Shown here: in pieces, positions 1 to 10,013 of the stretch | Position numbering within the stretch: the stretch's first letter is position 1 | Layout: every line of letters begins with the position of its first letter | Assembly: GCA_965214705.1 (NCBI GenBank) | Contig: CBDCCI010000001.1 | Location: 224,001-288,000 of the forward strand | Reading direction: 5' to 3' | Source of the DNA: Alphaproteobacteria bacterium | GTDB taxonomy: Bacteria; Pseudomonadota; Alphaproteobacteria; UBA828 | DNA: 64,000 bases | Notes under the pieces: model-generated | Told to the model about the DNA's origin: nothing | The model's database searches: none | What the model saw: the letters and a program-made list of their open reading frames with translations, nothing else | Made by a program: the position numbers and the translations under genes

Positions 1-436
1 TCCAGAGCCCGAGGGAGATCGAGACCGGCAGCTTGTCGAGGACCAGATCGACCACGCGGTCGTCGCGGAAGAAGCTCGACCCGAAGTCGAAGCGCACATA
101 CTGGCCCATCATGTGGAGGAAGCGCTCGAGCGGCGGCTTGTCGAAGCCGTACTCCTTCTCCAGCCGCTCGATCAGTTCGGGGTCGAGGCCGCGGGCGCCG
201 CGGTACTTGCTGGTGTCGGCGCGTTGCGAGATGTCGAACTGGCTCTCCGTCCCCACCTCGCCGGGACCTGCGCCGGAGATGCGCGCCGTCGCGCCCACCG
301 CGCTGCCGGTGAGCTCCGCGATCGCCTGCTCCACCGGCCCGCCCGGCGCGATCTGGATGATCGCAAAATTGATCACCATGATCGCGAACAGCGTCGGGAT
401 GATCAGCAGCAGTCGGCGGACGATGTAGGCGAACAT
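1..436 (-). CDS. yejB: Peptide/microcin C ABC transporter permease, 5' part (runs off the window)
   Basis: Manual translation from ATG at 436 gives MFAYIVRRLLLIIPTLFAIMVINFAIIQIAPGGPVEQ, the typical YejB N-terminus; directly downstream of yejA. Not in the ORF track. Confidence 0.9.
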   Translation of the reverse strand, partial: MFAYIVRRLLLIIPTLFAIMVINFAIIQIAPGGPVEQAIAELTGSAVGATARISGAGPGEVGTESQFDISQRADTSKYRGARGLDPELIERLEKEYGFDKPPLERFLHMMGQYVRFDFGSSFFRDDRVVDLVLDKLPVSISLGLW

Positions 437-573
437 GGCTGTCGCGGTGCGGGCGGTGCTAAGCGGCGTGCTCTTGCTTCTTCAGCACCCGCCCTCTCTC
501 GGCATCGGCCGACCGGGTGGCACGACGGCCGGTCTGCAGGACCGGTGTCGTCGCCGGTGGCCCTCTTCGATCC

Positions 574-2433
574 TCACGCCGTGCCTTCGCGGTAGGCTTT
601 CAAAGCGTCGTCCTTCTCCCGATCGACCCACCAAGTGTCGATGATGCCCCGCGCGTAGCGGGGCTTGAGCGCGGGCCGGTCGAACTTGTTCCAGTATACA
701 AGATGATGTGCCCCCTTGTACCACTGCGGGATCATATAGTGGCCCCAGAGCAGAACGCGGTCGAGCGCGCGGGCCGCGGCGATCAAGCTTGGCCGGTCGG
801 TCGCAGCGGCGACCTCGGCGATCAGCGCATCGACCACCGAGTCATCGATGCCGGCGATGTTGAACGAGCCGACCTGATCCACGGTGCTGGACGCAAAGTA
901 GGAGTTGAGCTCGGCGCCGGGCGAGAGGCTGAACACGAAGCGGATCGTCGTGATCTCGAAATCGTGGGTCTTGAGCCGCTCCTCGTATTGCGCGCCGTCG
1001 ACGAGGCGGAGCGTGACGCCCACGCCGAGGCGCTCCAGGCTGCGGGCGAAGGCTGCGTAGATGCGCTCGAAGGTAGGCTCGAAGTAGAGGAACTCGACCG
1101 TCATCGGCTCGCCGGTCTCGGCGTTGACAAGTTTTCTTTCCTCCGTGACCCAGCCGGCCTCCTTGAGCAGGGCGCGTGCGGCGCGCAGGTTGCCCCGGTT
1201 GTTGCCTGAGCCGTCGGTCGCAGGCGGCACGAAGGCCTTGGTGAAGACCTCCTCCGGTACGGCGCCCCGGTGGGGATCGAGCAAGGCGACTTCGGCCGCG
1301 GACGGCAGGCCGCGCGCCGCAAGCTCCGAGTTCTCGAAGTAGCTCGCCATGCGGTCGTAGAGGCCATAGAACTGGTTCTTGTTGAGCCACTCGAAGTCGA
1401 AGGCGTAGGCGAACGCCTCGCGCACGCGGCGGTCCTGGAACTTGGGCAGGCGTGTGTTGAAGAAGAAGGCCTGCACGCCCGATGGCGTGTTGTCCTTGAG
1501 CACGTCCTTGACGAGCCATCCCTCCTCGACTGCCGCGATGTCGTATTGCGTCGCCCAGACCTTGGACGTGAACTCCTCGTGAACGTCGAACTCGCCTGCC
1601 TTGAGTGCCTCCACCAGTACCGTGCGATCACGATAGTAGTCGTAGACGATGGTCTCGAAATTGTAGCGGCCGACATTGAGCGGGAGCCCGGCGCCCCAGT
1701 AGTCCGGGACACGCTCGTAGGTGACGGAGCGGCCTGGATCGACCTTGGAGATGCGATAGGCGCCGCTGCCGAGCGGCGGCTCCATCGTCGTCTCGCCGAA
1801 CGCGCGGTCCCGGTAATAGGCGTCGGAGACGATGGAGAGTCCGCCCACGATCAGCGGCAGCTTGCGGTTATCAGGATCGGCGAGGTGGAACGTGACTTCG
1901 TAATCGCCGGCGGTCTCGACCCGGTCGACGCCGGCAAGCTGGTTGGCGTAGGCGGGATGGCCCTCGGTGGTGAGTATCTCGAAGGAGAACGCGACGTCGC
2001 GGGCCGTGATCGGGGTGCCGTCGTGCCAGCGCGCTTCGGGCCGCAGGAGAAAGCGAACGCTGCGCCGGTCGGGCGCGAGCGCAATGCTCTCGGCGACCAG
2101 CCCGTAGGCCGCGTCCGCTTCGTCCGCCGAGCCTTCGAGCAGGCTCTCGAAGGGCAGGCCCGCGCCGGCCGCGCTCGTGCCCTTCAGCGTGAAGGGATTG
2201 AGCGTGCTGTAGGTATCGACCGTGGCGAGGTGCAGCAGACCGCCCTTGGGCGCGTCGGGAGCCACGTACTCGAAGTGCGCGAAATCGGGGCCATATTTCA
2301 GGTCGCCGAAGAGCGAGAGCCCGTGTGCGGGCTCACCTGCTGTCGCGGTCCCGATAAGGTGCGATACGGGCGCCATCGATGACGCGACGGCGATGGCGGA
2401 GGCCTGAACGAAGCGTCTTCTGCTGAGTCTCAC
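574..2433 (-). CDS. yejA: Peptide ABC transporter solute-binding protein (family 5) with Tat signal
   Basis: Motifs HGLSLFGDLKY, APKGG, PLGSGAY, LDRVLLWGHY; twin-arginine SRRRFVQ. GTG start at 2433 chosen for the AGGAGGAG RBS upstream. Confidence 0.9.
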   Translation of the reverse strand: MRLSRRRFVQASAIAVASSMAPVSHLIGTATAGEPAHGLSLFGDLKYGPDFAHFEYVAPDAPKGGLLHLATVDTYSTLNPFTLKGTSAAGAGLPFESLLEGSADEADAAYGLVAESIALAPDRRSVRFLLRPEARWHDGTPITARDVAFSFEILTTEGHPAYANQLAGVDRVETAGDYEVTFHLADPDNRKLPLIVGGLSIVSDAYYRDRAFGETTMEPPLGSGAYRISKVDPGRSVTYERVPDYWGAGLPLNVGRYNFETIVYDYYRDRTVLVEALKAGEFDVHEEFTSKVWATQYDIAAVEEGWLVKDVLKDNTPSGVQAFFFNTRLPKFQDRRVREAFAYAFDFEWLNKNQFYGLYDRMASYFENSELAARGLPSAAEVALLDPHRGAVPEEVFTKAFVPPATDGSGNNRGNLRAARALLKEAGWVTEERKLVNAETGEPMTVEFLYFEPTFERIYAAFARSLERLGVGVTLRLVDGAQYEERLKTHDFEITTIRFVFSLSPGAELNSYFASSTVDQVGSFNIAGIDDSVVDALIAEVAAATDRPSLIAAARALDRVLLWGHYMIPQWYKGAHHLVYWNKFDRPALKPRYARGIIDTWWVDREKDDALKAYREGTA

Positions 2434-2656
2434 CGGTCCATCTCCTCCTGACGCTGGCGCAGGGTCCTTGTGCCTCGCGCGTGCCGCCGCCCGGCATTGT
2501 TGTGCCAAACCAGTAGGGCATAACATGAGTCGCGCCATTCGGTATCACCAATCACGACCTCGTGTCGTTGGGCGGGCAGTCGGACAAGGCTTTCGCTCGC
2601 CGATTGGCGACCGGATGGCTGGACTCGCAGCGAGCGGGCGCCTCATACTCAGGCTC

Positions 2657-3223
2657 ATGGGGCGCTATCCGAACAGCGGCGGCCCGATCGTGCGCAGGGT
2701 GCCCGAGGGCGACGACCGGCCGCGCTTGGTCTGCGATGCCTGCGGCTTCATCCGCTACGAGAACCCGAAGATCGTCGCCGGCTCGGTCGCGACCTGGGAG
2801 GGGCGCATTCTCCTTTGCCGCCGGTCCATCGAGCCGCAGGCCGGCTTCTGGACCCTGCCGGCGGGCTTCCTGGAACTGCACGAGGAGCCCGCAGAGGGAG
2901 CCCGGCGTGAAGCCGAGGAGGAAGCCTGTGCCGAGATCGCGATCAACGCGCTGCTCGCGGTCTACACCATCCCCCGTATCTCTCTGGTGCAGCTCTTCTA
3001 CCGGGCGCACCTCGTGCGGCCCGAGATCGCGCCGGGGTTCGAAAGCCTGGAGGTCGGGCTCTTCGAGCCGAGCGAGATTCCGTGGGATTCCCTCGCCTTC
3101 CCGTCGGTGACGTGGGCGCTCCGCCACCATGCCGAGGCGCCCGAGAACGGCGAATTCGCACCGTTCACCAATCCCGTGGGCGACTTCGGCGACTACCGGC
3201 CTGGCATCCCCGCCCGCCGCTAG
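2657..3223 (+). CDS. NUDIX hydrolase with N-terminal zinc-ribbon-like segment
   Basis: CDACGFIRYENPKIV and Nudix box GFLELHEEPAEGARREAEEE; start moved to ATG 2657. Confidence 0.85.
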   Translation: MGRYPNSGGPIVRRVPEGDDRPRLVCDACGFIRYENPKIVAGSVATWEGRILLCRRSIEPQAGFWTLPAGFLELHEEPAEGARREAEEEACAEIAINALLAVYTIPRISLVQLFYRAHLVRPEIAPGFESLEVGLFEPSEIPWDSLAFPSVTWALRHHAEAPENGEFAPFTNPVGDFGDYRPGIPARR

Positions 3224-3225
3224 AG

Positions 3226-4167
3226 CTATTCGTCCAACCCCATAAGAGCCGAGGCGAAGGCACGAGCCTCGAAGGGGCGCAGGTCATCGATCCCTTCGCC
3301 GATGCCGATTGCAACCACAGGCACGCCGAAGCGCCGCGCCAGCGCCACCAGCACACCGCCCTTCGCCGTGCCGTCGAGCTTGGTCATGACCAGGCCGTCG
3401 ACGGCGATGGCCTCGCGAAAGACGTCGACCTGATTGAGCGCGTTCTGGCCGGTGGTGGCATCGAGCACCAGAAGGCGGCTGTGCGGCGCGCGCGGATCGA
3501 GCTTCGCGAGCACGCGGTCGATCTTCTGAAGCTCGGCCATCAGGTGCGCCTTGTTCTGCAACCGGCCGGCGGTGTCGATCAGGAGCACGTCGATGCCTTC
3601 CGCCCGCGCGCGCTCGAGCGCATCGAAGGCGAGCCCGGCGGGATCGCCGCCATCCGGGCGCGCGACCACCGGCGCCCCGGCGCGCTCGGCCCAGATCGTG
3701 AGCTGCTCCACGGCGGCAGCGCGGAAGGTATCGCCCGCGACCAGCATGACGCGCTTGCCGTCACCGCTGAGTCGCCGGGCGAGCTTGCCGATGGTGGTGG
3801 TCTTGCCTGTGCCGTTGACACCGGCCACCAGGATCACGTGGGGCTTGGCGTTGTCCTCAATCGCCAGCGTCCCCTCGACCGGCGCGAGCAGGTCGGCGAT
3901 CTGGTCGGCGAGCGCCTGGCGCACCTCGGCGGCGGTCACTTCCTTGCCGAAGCGCTGCTGGGCGAGTTCCGCCGTGAGCTCGGCCGCAGTCGCCGCGCCG
4001 AGATCGCCGGCGATGAGCAGCTCTTCGAGCTCTTCGAGCGCTTCGTCGTCGAGCCTGCGGCCGGTGAAGATGGCCCCGATGCCGCCGGTGAGACTGTTGG
4101 AGGTGCGTCTGAGTCCTGCCTTGAGGCGCGCGAACAGGCCGCGCCCGCCGCCGTCCTCCCGCGCCAT
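3226..4167 (-). CDS. ftsY: Signal recognition particle receptor FtsY (short, NG domain only)
   Basis: GVNGTGKTTTIGKLA, DTFRAAA, DTAGRL, TKLDGTAKGG; start ATG 4167 overlaps the mtaB stop. Confidence 0.97.
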   Translation of the reverse strand: MAREDGGGRGLFARLKAGLRRTSNSLTGGIGAIFTGRRLDDEALEELEELLIAGDLGAATAAELTAELAQQRFGKEVTAAEVRQALADQIADLLAPVEGTLAIEDNAKPHVILVAGVNGTGKTTTIGKLARRLSGDGKRVMLVAGDTFRAAAVEQLTIWAERAGAPVVARPDGGDPAGLAFDALERARAEGIDVLLIDTAGRLQNKAHLMAELQKIDRVLAKLDPRAPHSRLLVLDATTGQNALNQVDVFREAIAVDGLVMTKLDGTAKGGVLVALARRFGVPVVAIGIGEGIDDLRPFEARAFASALMGLDE

Positions 4168-5414
4168 CAGGCCGCGGTCCCGATCAGGCGATCGCCTGCC
4201 ACGCCGATGATGCGGGCCTGCACCAGAGTGCCGGGCTCGCCTGCCGGCCGGTCGAACGCGACCTCGGCGAAGCACTCGTCACGCCCGCTCTCAGGTGTCT
4301 CCAGCAGCACCCGGCTCTCGTGGCCGATGCGTCCCTCCAAAAACTGCCGGCGCGGGCCTTCTGCGGCCCGGCGCAGCGCAGCGGCGCGGGCGCGGCGCTC
4401 GGGCCCCGGCACCTGGGGCATGCGCGCCGCCGGTGTGCCAGGGCGAGGCGAATAGGGAAAGACGTGGAGCCAGACCAGCCCGGCGTCTTCGATCAGGCGC
4501 CGCGTGTTCTCGAACATCTTCGGGGTCTCGGTGGGGAAGCCCGCGATCAGGTCGCCACCGAAGGCGACCCCCGGCCGGAGTACGCGCAGCCGCTCGCAGA
4601 GCGCCAGCACGTCGGCCCGGCTGTGGCGCCGCTTCATGCGCTTGAGCACCATGTCGTCACCCGCCTGGACGCTGAGGTGCAGGTGCGGCATCAGGCGCGG
4701 CTCGTCTGCGAAGAGCCGCTCCAGTCCCGGGTCGACCTCAACCGGATCGATGGAGGAAAGGCGGAGGCGCGGCAGCTCCGGCACCGCCTGGAGCAGGCGG
4801 CGCACTGCCTCGCCAAGGCTTGGCCGGCCCGGCAGGTCGGCCCCGTAGTGACCAAGATCGACACCGCTCAGCACGACCTCGCGATGGCCGGCCGCCACCA
4901 GCGCCCGCACCTCGGCCGCAATAGCGCCGAGCGGCACGCTCCGGCTCGGGCCCCGCGCGAAGGGAATGATGCAGAAGGTGCAGCGATGGTCGCAGCCGTT
5001 CTGCACCTGAACGAAGGCCCGCGAGCGCGCCTCGTAACCCGCGATCAGGTGGCCGGCTGTCTCGCGCACCGCCATGATATCGCCGACCGACACGCGCTCT
5101 TCCGCATCGGGCGCCAGCCCTTCCAGCGTGAGCTTCTCGCGGTTGCCGACGACCCGGTCGACCTCGGGCATCGCGGCGTAGCCTGCGGGGTCGAGCTGGG
5201 CGGCGCAGCCGGTGGCGATGATGGTCGCGTCGGGGTTCTGCCGCTTGGCGCGGCGGATCGCCTGACGTGCCTGGCGCTCGGCCTCGCCCGTGACCGCGCA
5301 GGTGTTGACGATGATACCCTCGGTGAGCCCCGCAGCACGCGCACGGCTGCGCATGACCTCCGACTCGTAGGCATTGAGCCGGCAACCCATGGTGATGACC
5401 TCGAGCCCGCTCAT
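4167..5414 (-). CDS. mtaB: tRNA t6A37 methylthiotransferase (radical SAM)
   Basis: TMGCRLNAYES, NTCAVT, CDHRCTFC, FPYSPRPGTPAA; conserved dapF-mtaB-ftsY order. Confidence 0.93.
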   Translation of the reverse strand: MSGLEVITMGCRLNAYESEVMRSRARAAGLTEGIIVNTCAVTGEAERQARQAIRRAKRQNPDATIIATGCAAQLDPAGYAAMPEVDRVVGNREKLTLEGLAPDAEERVSVGDIMAVRETAGHLIAGYEARSRAFVQVQNGCDHRCTFCIIPFARGPSRSVPLGAIAAEVRALVAAGHREVVLSGVDLGHYGADLPGRPSLGEAVRRLLQAVPELPRLRLSSIDPVEVDPGLERLFADEPRLMPHLHLSVQAGDDMVLKRMKRRHSRADVLALCERLRVLRPGVAFGGDLIAGFPTETPKMFENTRRLIEDAGLVWLHVFPYSPRPGTPAARMPQVPGPERRARAAALRRAAEGPRRQFLEGRIGHESRVLLETPESGRDECFAEVAFDRPAGEPGTLVQARIIGVAGDRLIGTAA

Positions 5415-6232
5415 GCCGGCAGCACGCCCGTGAAGCTAGCCGCAGTCGGGCCGGTCATCTCGACATGGCCGTCCTCGCGCCAGACGATCCTCAACTCGCC
5501 GCCGTCGAGGACGACGGTGACATCGCGCCCGGTGACCCCCCGCCGCGCGCCAGCGACCGCCGCGGCGCAGGCGCCAGTGCCGCAGGCCTGGGTGAGGCCG
5601 GCGCCGCGTTCCCACACGCGGAGCCGCAGGCGGTCATCGGCGAGGCGCTGGGCCACCCCGATATTCGCGCGCTCCGGGAAGAGCGGATCGGTCTCCAATC
5701 GCGGGCCGATCTCGGCCAGTGGCACGGCCTCGGCGTCGTCCACGAAGAACACCGCGTGCGGGTTGCCCATGTTGACCGCTACGGCGTCCGAAAGCGGCCC
5801 GGCGCCGACCGTGACGTGGAGCGTGCCCATTGCGCGGGCCAGGGGAATCTCGTGCCAGTCGAGCCGCGCCGGTCCCATATCGACGCGCACCTGGCCTGCA
5901 CCGGCCTCGTGCGCCGCGAGCGGGCCGGCATCGGTCTCCAGAACCACGCGGTCCGCGCCGGTCTCGTCCAGCAGCAGCCGGGCCGCGCAGCGGGTGCCGT
6001 TGCCGCAGGCCGCGACCTCGCCGCCGTCCTGGTTCCAGAAGCGCAGGTAGGTGTCGGTGCCGCCGTTGCGCGGGGCCCCCACGACGACCAGTTGATCGCA
6101 GCCGACACCAGTGCGCCGATCAGCGATGGCGCGCACGCGCGCGCCGTCCAGCGCGAGCGGCGCGCGGCGGAAGTCGAGCACGACGAAATCGTTGCCGAGC
6201 CCGTGCATCTTGGTGAAAGGAAGCCCCGTCAT
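5411..6232 (-). CDS. dapF: Diaminopimelate epimerase
   Basis: FTKMHGLGNDF, ACGNGTRC, MGNPH, ERGAGLTQACGTG. Confidence 0.97.
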   Translation of the reverse strand: MTGLPFTKMHGLGNDFVVLDFRRAPLALDGARVRAIADRRTGVGCDQLVVVGAPRNGGTDTYLRFWNQDGGEVAACGNGTRCAARLLLDETGADRVVLETDAGPLAAHEAGAGQVRVDMGPARLDWHEIPLARAMGTLHVTVGAGPLSDAVAVNMGNPHAVFFVDDAEAVPLAEIGPRLETDPLFPERANIGVAQRLADDRLRLRVWERGAGLTQACGTGACAAAVAGARRGVTGRDVTVVLDGGELRIVWREDGHVEMTGPTAASFTGVLPA

Positions 6233-6297
6233 GGCGGGGTTATAGGGGCCGACGGCGACCGGCGCCACCGATTCCGACAGAAGCCGGCGGTACCGGG

Positions 6298-7218
6298 CTA
6301 CCCCTTGCCCCGGTAGACGCCGATGACGGTATCCAGCATTGCGAGCGCGTCGGCGCGCGGGCGCTGGAAGCTGTTGCGGCCGATGATCGAGCCGCTGCCG
6401 CCACCCGCATGGATCGCGCGCACCTCGCCGAAGAGGCCCTCCAGCCCCTTCGCGGCACCGCCGGAGAAGACAACGAGCCGGCGGCCGGCGAAGGCCGACT
6501 GCATGATGTGAGCGATGCGCTTCTCCAGCGTATCGCCGTCGATGCCTGCGGCGGTGTAGGCCTTGGCGGCGGCCTCCTGCTCCAGATGGGCGGTCGGCGG
6601 CTTGACCTTGATGATGTGGGCACCGGCGAGCGCGGCCATGTGCGCTGCGTAGGCCACCACGTCGAGCGCGGTCTCACCGTCCTTGGAGAGCGCGCCGCCG
6701 CGCGGATAGGACCAGACCACCACCGCGAGCCCGTGCGCTTTCGCCTCCGCCGCGAGTTCCCGAATCTCCTCGATCATCTCGTACTGACGGTCGGAGGCCG
6801 GATAGATGGTGAAGCCGATGGCCGAGCAGCCCAACCGGAGCGCGTCGCGCACCGAGCCGGTCACTGCCTGATCCCTGGCCGAGCCCAGCGAGTTGGCGTT
6901 GTTGACCTTGAGGATGGTGGGGACCGCGCCGGCGAAGCTCTCGGCGCCCGCCTCGATCATGCCGAGGGGACTCGCAAACGCGTTCAGGCCGGCGTCAATG
7001 GCAAGCTGCCAGTGGTAGTGCGGGTCGTAGGCTGGCGGGTTGGTCGCGAAGCTGCGCGCCGGCCCGTGCTCGAAGCCCTGATCGACCGGCAGGATGACCA
7101 TGCGTCCGGTGCCGCCGAGGCGGCCGTGCATCAGGATCCGGGCGAGGTTGGACTTCGTGCCCGGATTGTCGCTCTCGTACCAGGAGAGAATTTCTCTGAC
7201 GCGCCGGGTGATTCGCAT
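6298..7218 (-). CDS. fbaB: Class I (DhnA-type) fructose-bisphosphate aldolase
   Basis: ILPVDQGFEHGP, WSYPRG, Schiff-base IIKVK, FSGG, IIGRNSFQR; last gene of the glycolytic cluster. Confidence 0.93.
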   Translation of the reverse strand: MRITRRVREILSWYESDNPGTKSNLARILMHGRLGGTGRMVILPVDQGFEHGPARSFATNPPAYDPHYHWQLAIDAGLNAFASPLGMIEAGAESFAGAVPTILKVNNANSLGSARDQAVTGSVRDALRLGCSAIGFTIYPASDRQYEMIEEIRELAAEAKAHGLAVVVWSYPRGGALSKDGETALDVVAYAAHMAALAGAHIIKVKPPTAHLEQEAAAKAYTAAGIDGDTLEKRIAHIMQSAFAGRRLVVFSGGAAKGLEGLFGEVRAIHAGGGSGSIIGRNSFQRPRADALAMLDTVIGVYRGKG

Positions 7219-7257
7219 GGCCGCATCCTGACCGACGCGCGGCTCGTTTGCCAGAGG

Positions 7258-7692
7258 TTATGAACGTCTGGCATGCCCTTTTGCGAGATAGGCGGCGCTG
7301 TCGCGCTCCGGGTCTGCGGAGTAGGCGAGGTCGAGGGCCCCGCGGCCCGGCCCGGCGGTAATCAGTGGGATTCCCTGCTCGTCCGCGATGGCCTGGAGCG
7401 TCTTGCGCATGGCCCCCCGACCGGTGAATGCGACGTGCGCGAAGTCGCGGCTCAGCGCCTCGTGGGCGAGCACGGCGCTGCCCCTGCAGTCGACCACCGC
7501 GTCGTGATCGGCCTCCGGCACCGCTTCCCTAGCCCGCTCGAACACCGCACGCAGGAAGCCGAGCCCGGCGTAGGACACGGCACCCGGCGCGGACCAGAGC
7601 GTCACGGGCACCCCGGCCGCGGCCGCCGCCCGGAGCGCGCCGATGGCTTGGTCGAGATCGTGGACGACGATTGCGGGCCGCCGCGCGCTCAT
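7258..7692 (-). CDS. Hypothetical protein resembling the N-terminal half of class II fructose-bisphosphate aldolase
   Basis: Intact 144-aa ORF 7 nt after the pgk stop; PVTLWSAPGAVSYAGLGFLR resembles class II Fba PVILQASxGAxxYAGxxFLR (by eye). Confidence 0.65.
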   Translation of the reverse strand: MSARRPAIVVHDLDQAIGALRAAAAAGVPVTLWSAPGAVSYAGLGFLRAVFERAREAVPEADHDAVVDCRGSAVLAHEALSRDFAHVAFTGRGAMRKTLQAIADEQGIPLITAGPGRGALDLAYSADPERDSAAYLAKGHARRS

Positions 7693-7699
7693 GGCCGGT

Positions 7700-8908
7700 T
7701 CACGGGTTGCGCGCGGCTTCGAGCGCCGCCACGCCCGGCAGAGTCCGCCCCTCCAGCCATTCCAGGAAGGCGCCGCCGGCGGTGGAGACGTAGCTGAAGG
7801 CGCCGAGCACGCCCGCGCCCTGCAGCGCCGCGACCGTGTCCCCGCCGCCGGCGACGGAGAGCAGCTGGCCCGCCTCGGTGAGCCGGGCTGCAGCGCGCGC
7901 GCAGGTCGTCGTGGCGCGGTCGAAGGGCACGATCTCGAAGGCGCCGAGGGGCCCGTTCCAGACCAGCGTGCGCGAGTCCGCCAGCGCCGCCTCGATGCGC
8001 GCGCAGGACTCGGGGCCGAGGTCGAGGATCATGCCGTCCTGCGGCACGTCGGCGGTCGGGACCGCCTCGCTCGCAGCACCTTCCCGGAACTCCCGCGTCA
8101 CCACCACGTCGGTGGGGAGGACGATCTCACAGCCCGCGCCTGACGCCTCTCCCATGATGCGGCGCGCGTCTGTCGCGAGATCGGGCTCGTGGAGCGAGGC
8201 GCCGATGGCGATCCCCTGCGCGTGGAGAAAGGTGTTGGCCATGGCGCCGCCGATGACGAGGCGGTCCACCCTCTCGATCAGGTTGGCGAGGAGCGCGAGC
8301 TTGGTCGAGACCTTGGCGCCGCCGACGATAGCGATGACCGGCCGCTCCGGCGGCTGCAACGCCTTGCCGAGCGCCTCCAGCTCCGCCTGCATCAGCCGGC
8401 CCGCCGCGTTCGGCAGGCGCTCCGCCACGGCGGCGGTTGACGCATGGGCCCGGTGCGCGGCGGAGAACGCGTCGTTGACGTAGAGATCGGCGAGGCACGC
8501 GAGGGCATCGGCAAAGGCGGGATCGTTCGCTTCCTCGCCCGCGTGGAAGCGCAGATTCTCCAGCAACGCGACATCGCCGGGGTTGAGAGCTGCGACTGCG
8601 GCCTCCGCCTCCACGCCGATGCAATCGGGTACGAAGCGCACCGGGAGGCCCCCCAGCGCACGGGAGAGCGGCTCGGCGAGCGGGGCGAGCGACATGGCCA
8701 CCACGGGCTTGCCCTTGGGCCGGCCGAAGTGCGACGCGACGATGACTCGTGCCCCACGCTCTGCAAGCTCTTTCAGCGTCGGCGCCACCCGGTCGATCCG
8801 CGTGGTATCGCCCACCGCGCCTTCGCGCATCGGCACGTTCAGGTCCACCCGCACCAGGACGCGCTTGCCGGCGACCTCGAGATCGTCGAGCGAGCGGAAC
8901 GCGGTCAT
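7700..8908 (-). CDS. pgk: Phosphoglycerate kinase
   Basis: [46 protein letters not shown]; start ATG 8908. Confidence 0.98.
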   Translation of the reverse strand: MTAFRSLDDLEVAGKRVLVRVDLNVPMREGAVGDTTRIDRVAPTLKELAERGARVIVASHFGRPKGKPVVAMSLAPLAEPLSRALGGLPVRFVPDCIGVEAEAAVAALNPGDVALLENLRFHAGEEANDPAFADALACLADLYVNDAFSAAHRAHASTAAVAERLPNAAGRLMQAELEALGKALQPPERPVIAIVGGAKVSTKLALLANLIERVDRLVIGGAMANTFLHAQGIAIGASLHEPDLATDARRIMGEASGAGCEIVLPTDVVVTREFREGAASEAVPTADVPQDGMILDLGPESCARIEAALADSRTLVWNGPLGAFEIVPFDRATTTCARAAARLTEAGQLLSVAGGGDTVAALQGAGVLGAFSYVSTAGGAFLEWLEGRTLPGVAALEAARNP

Positions 8909-8943
8909 GCCGCGAGCCCCGCTGGAGGGTTGCGCGGGCTCCG

Positions 8944-9948
8944 TCACAGGTTGCCGAGATGGGCGGCGACATCGCCCATCCGGTTCGAAAAACCCCATTC
9001 GTTGTCGTACCAGGAGAGCACGCGGCCAAGCGTGCCATCGACCACGGCGGTCTGCCCGGCATCGACGATCGAGCTCTCCGGCCGGTGGTTGAAATCGACC
9101 GAGACCAGCGGCTCCTCGCTGTAGGCCAGCACGCCCGCCATGGCGCCGGCGGCGGCGCTCGCCACGGCCTCGTTGATCTCGTCCACGGATGTCGCCCGCC
9201 TGGCGACGAAGTTGAGATCGACCATCGAGACATTGGCGGTCGGCACCCTGACCGCGGTGCCGTCCAGCTTGCCGGCGAGCGCGGGCAGCACGAGGCCCAC
9301 GGCGCGCGCCGCACCGGTGGAGGTGGGAATCATCGAGCCCGCCGCACCCCGTGCCCGGCGCAGGTCCTTGTGGAGCGTGTCGAGCACTGGCTGGTCCAGG
9401 GTGTAGGCGTGCACCGTGGTCATGAAGCCGCTCTCGATCCCGATGGCCTCGTGCAGCACCGAGGCGACCGGCGCGAGGCAGTTGGTGGTGCAGGACGCGT
9501 TGGAGACGATGCGGTGCTCGGGCGTGAGCGCGGTGTGATTGACGCCATAGACCACAGTGAGGTCGGAATCCGCGCCGGGCGCGGAGATCAGCACCGCGCG
9601 GGCGCCGGCCTCCAGATGTGCCGCGGCCTTCCCGCGTGCCGTGAAGATGCCGGTGCATTCCAGCGCCACGTCGATGCCGAGGTCGGCCCAGGGCAGCCGG
9701 GCCGGGTCGCGTTCGTTCAGCACCCGGATCGGCCCCGCACCGATATCGATCGCCCCGTCCGCCACGTCGACGGTGCCGGGGAAGCGCCCGTGAACCGAAT
9801 CGTAGCGCAGCAGGTGGGCGTTGGTCTCCACGTCGCCCAGGTCGTTGAGGGCGACGACGGTGAGATCGGTACGGCCGGACTCGTGAATGGCGCGCAGGAT
9901 GTTGCGGCCGATCCGCCCGAAGCCGTTGATGGCGATGCGAACCGTCAT
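8944..9948 (-). CDS. gap: Glyceraldehyde-3-phosphate dehydrogenase, type I
   Basis: [29 protein letters not shown]; start ATG 9948 with GGAGG RBS. Confidence 0.97.
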   Translation of the reverse strand: MTVRIAINGFGRIGRNILRAIHESGRTDLTVVALNDLGDVETNAHLLRYDSVHGRFPGTVDVADGAIDIGAGPIRVLNERDPARLPWADLGIDVALECTGIFTARGKAAAHLEAGARAVLISAPGADSDLTVVYGVNHTALTPEHRIVSNASCTTNCLAPVASVLHEAIGIESGFMTTVHAYTLDQPVLDTLHKDLRRARGAAGSMIPTSTGAARAVGLVLPALAGKLDGTAVRVPTANVSMVDLNFVARRATSVDEINEAVASAAAGAMAGVLAYSEEPLVSVDFNHRPESSIVDAGQTAVVDGTLGRVLSWYDNEWGFSNRMGDVAAHLGNL

Positions 9949-10013
9949 GATCCCTCCGATGTATGAGATGTCGTGTCTTGCTATCGGCTCGGCCCGCAGT
10001 GGCCCCGAGCGCT

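Noticed and set aside
7700-9658. Apparent long N-terminal extensions or fusions on pgk, and likewise on gap, rpe, nfi, dsbA and the amidases in the ORF track
   Set aside because: The extensions overlap neighbouring genes in another frame; family homology starts at the downstream starts I used.
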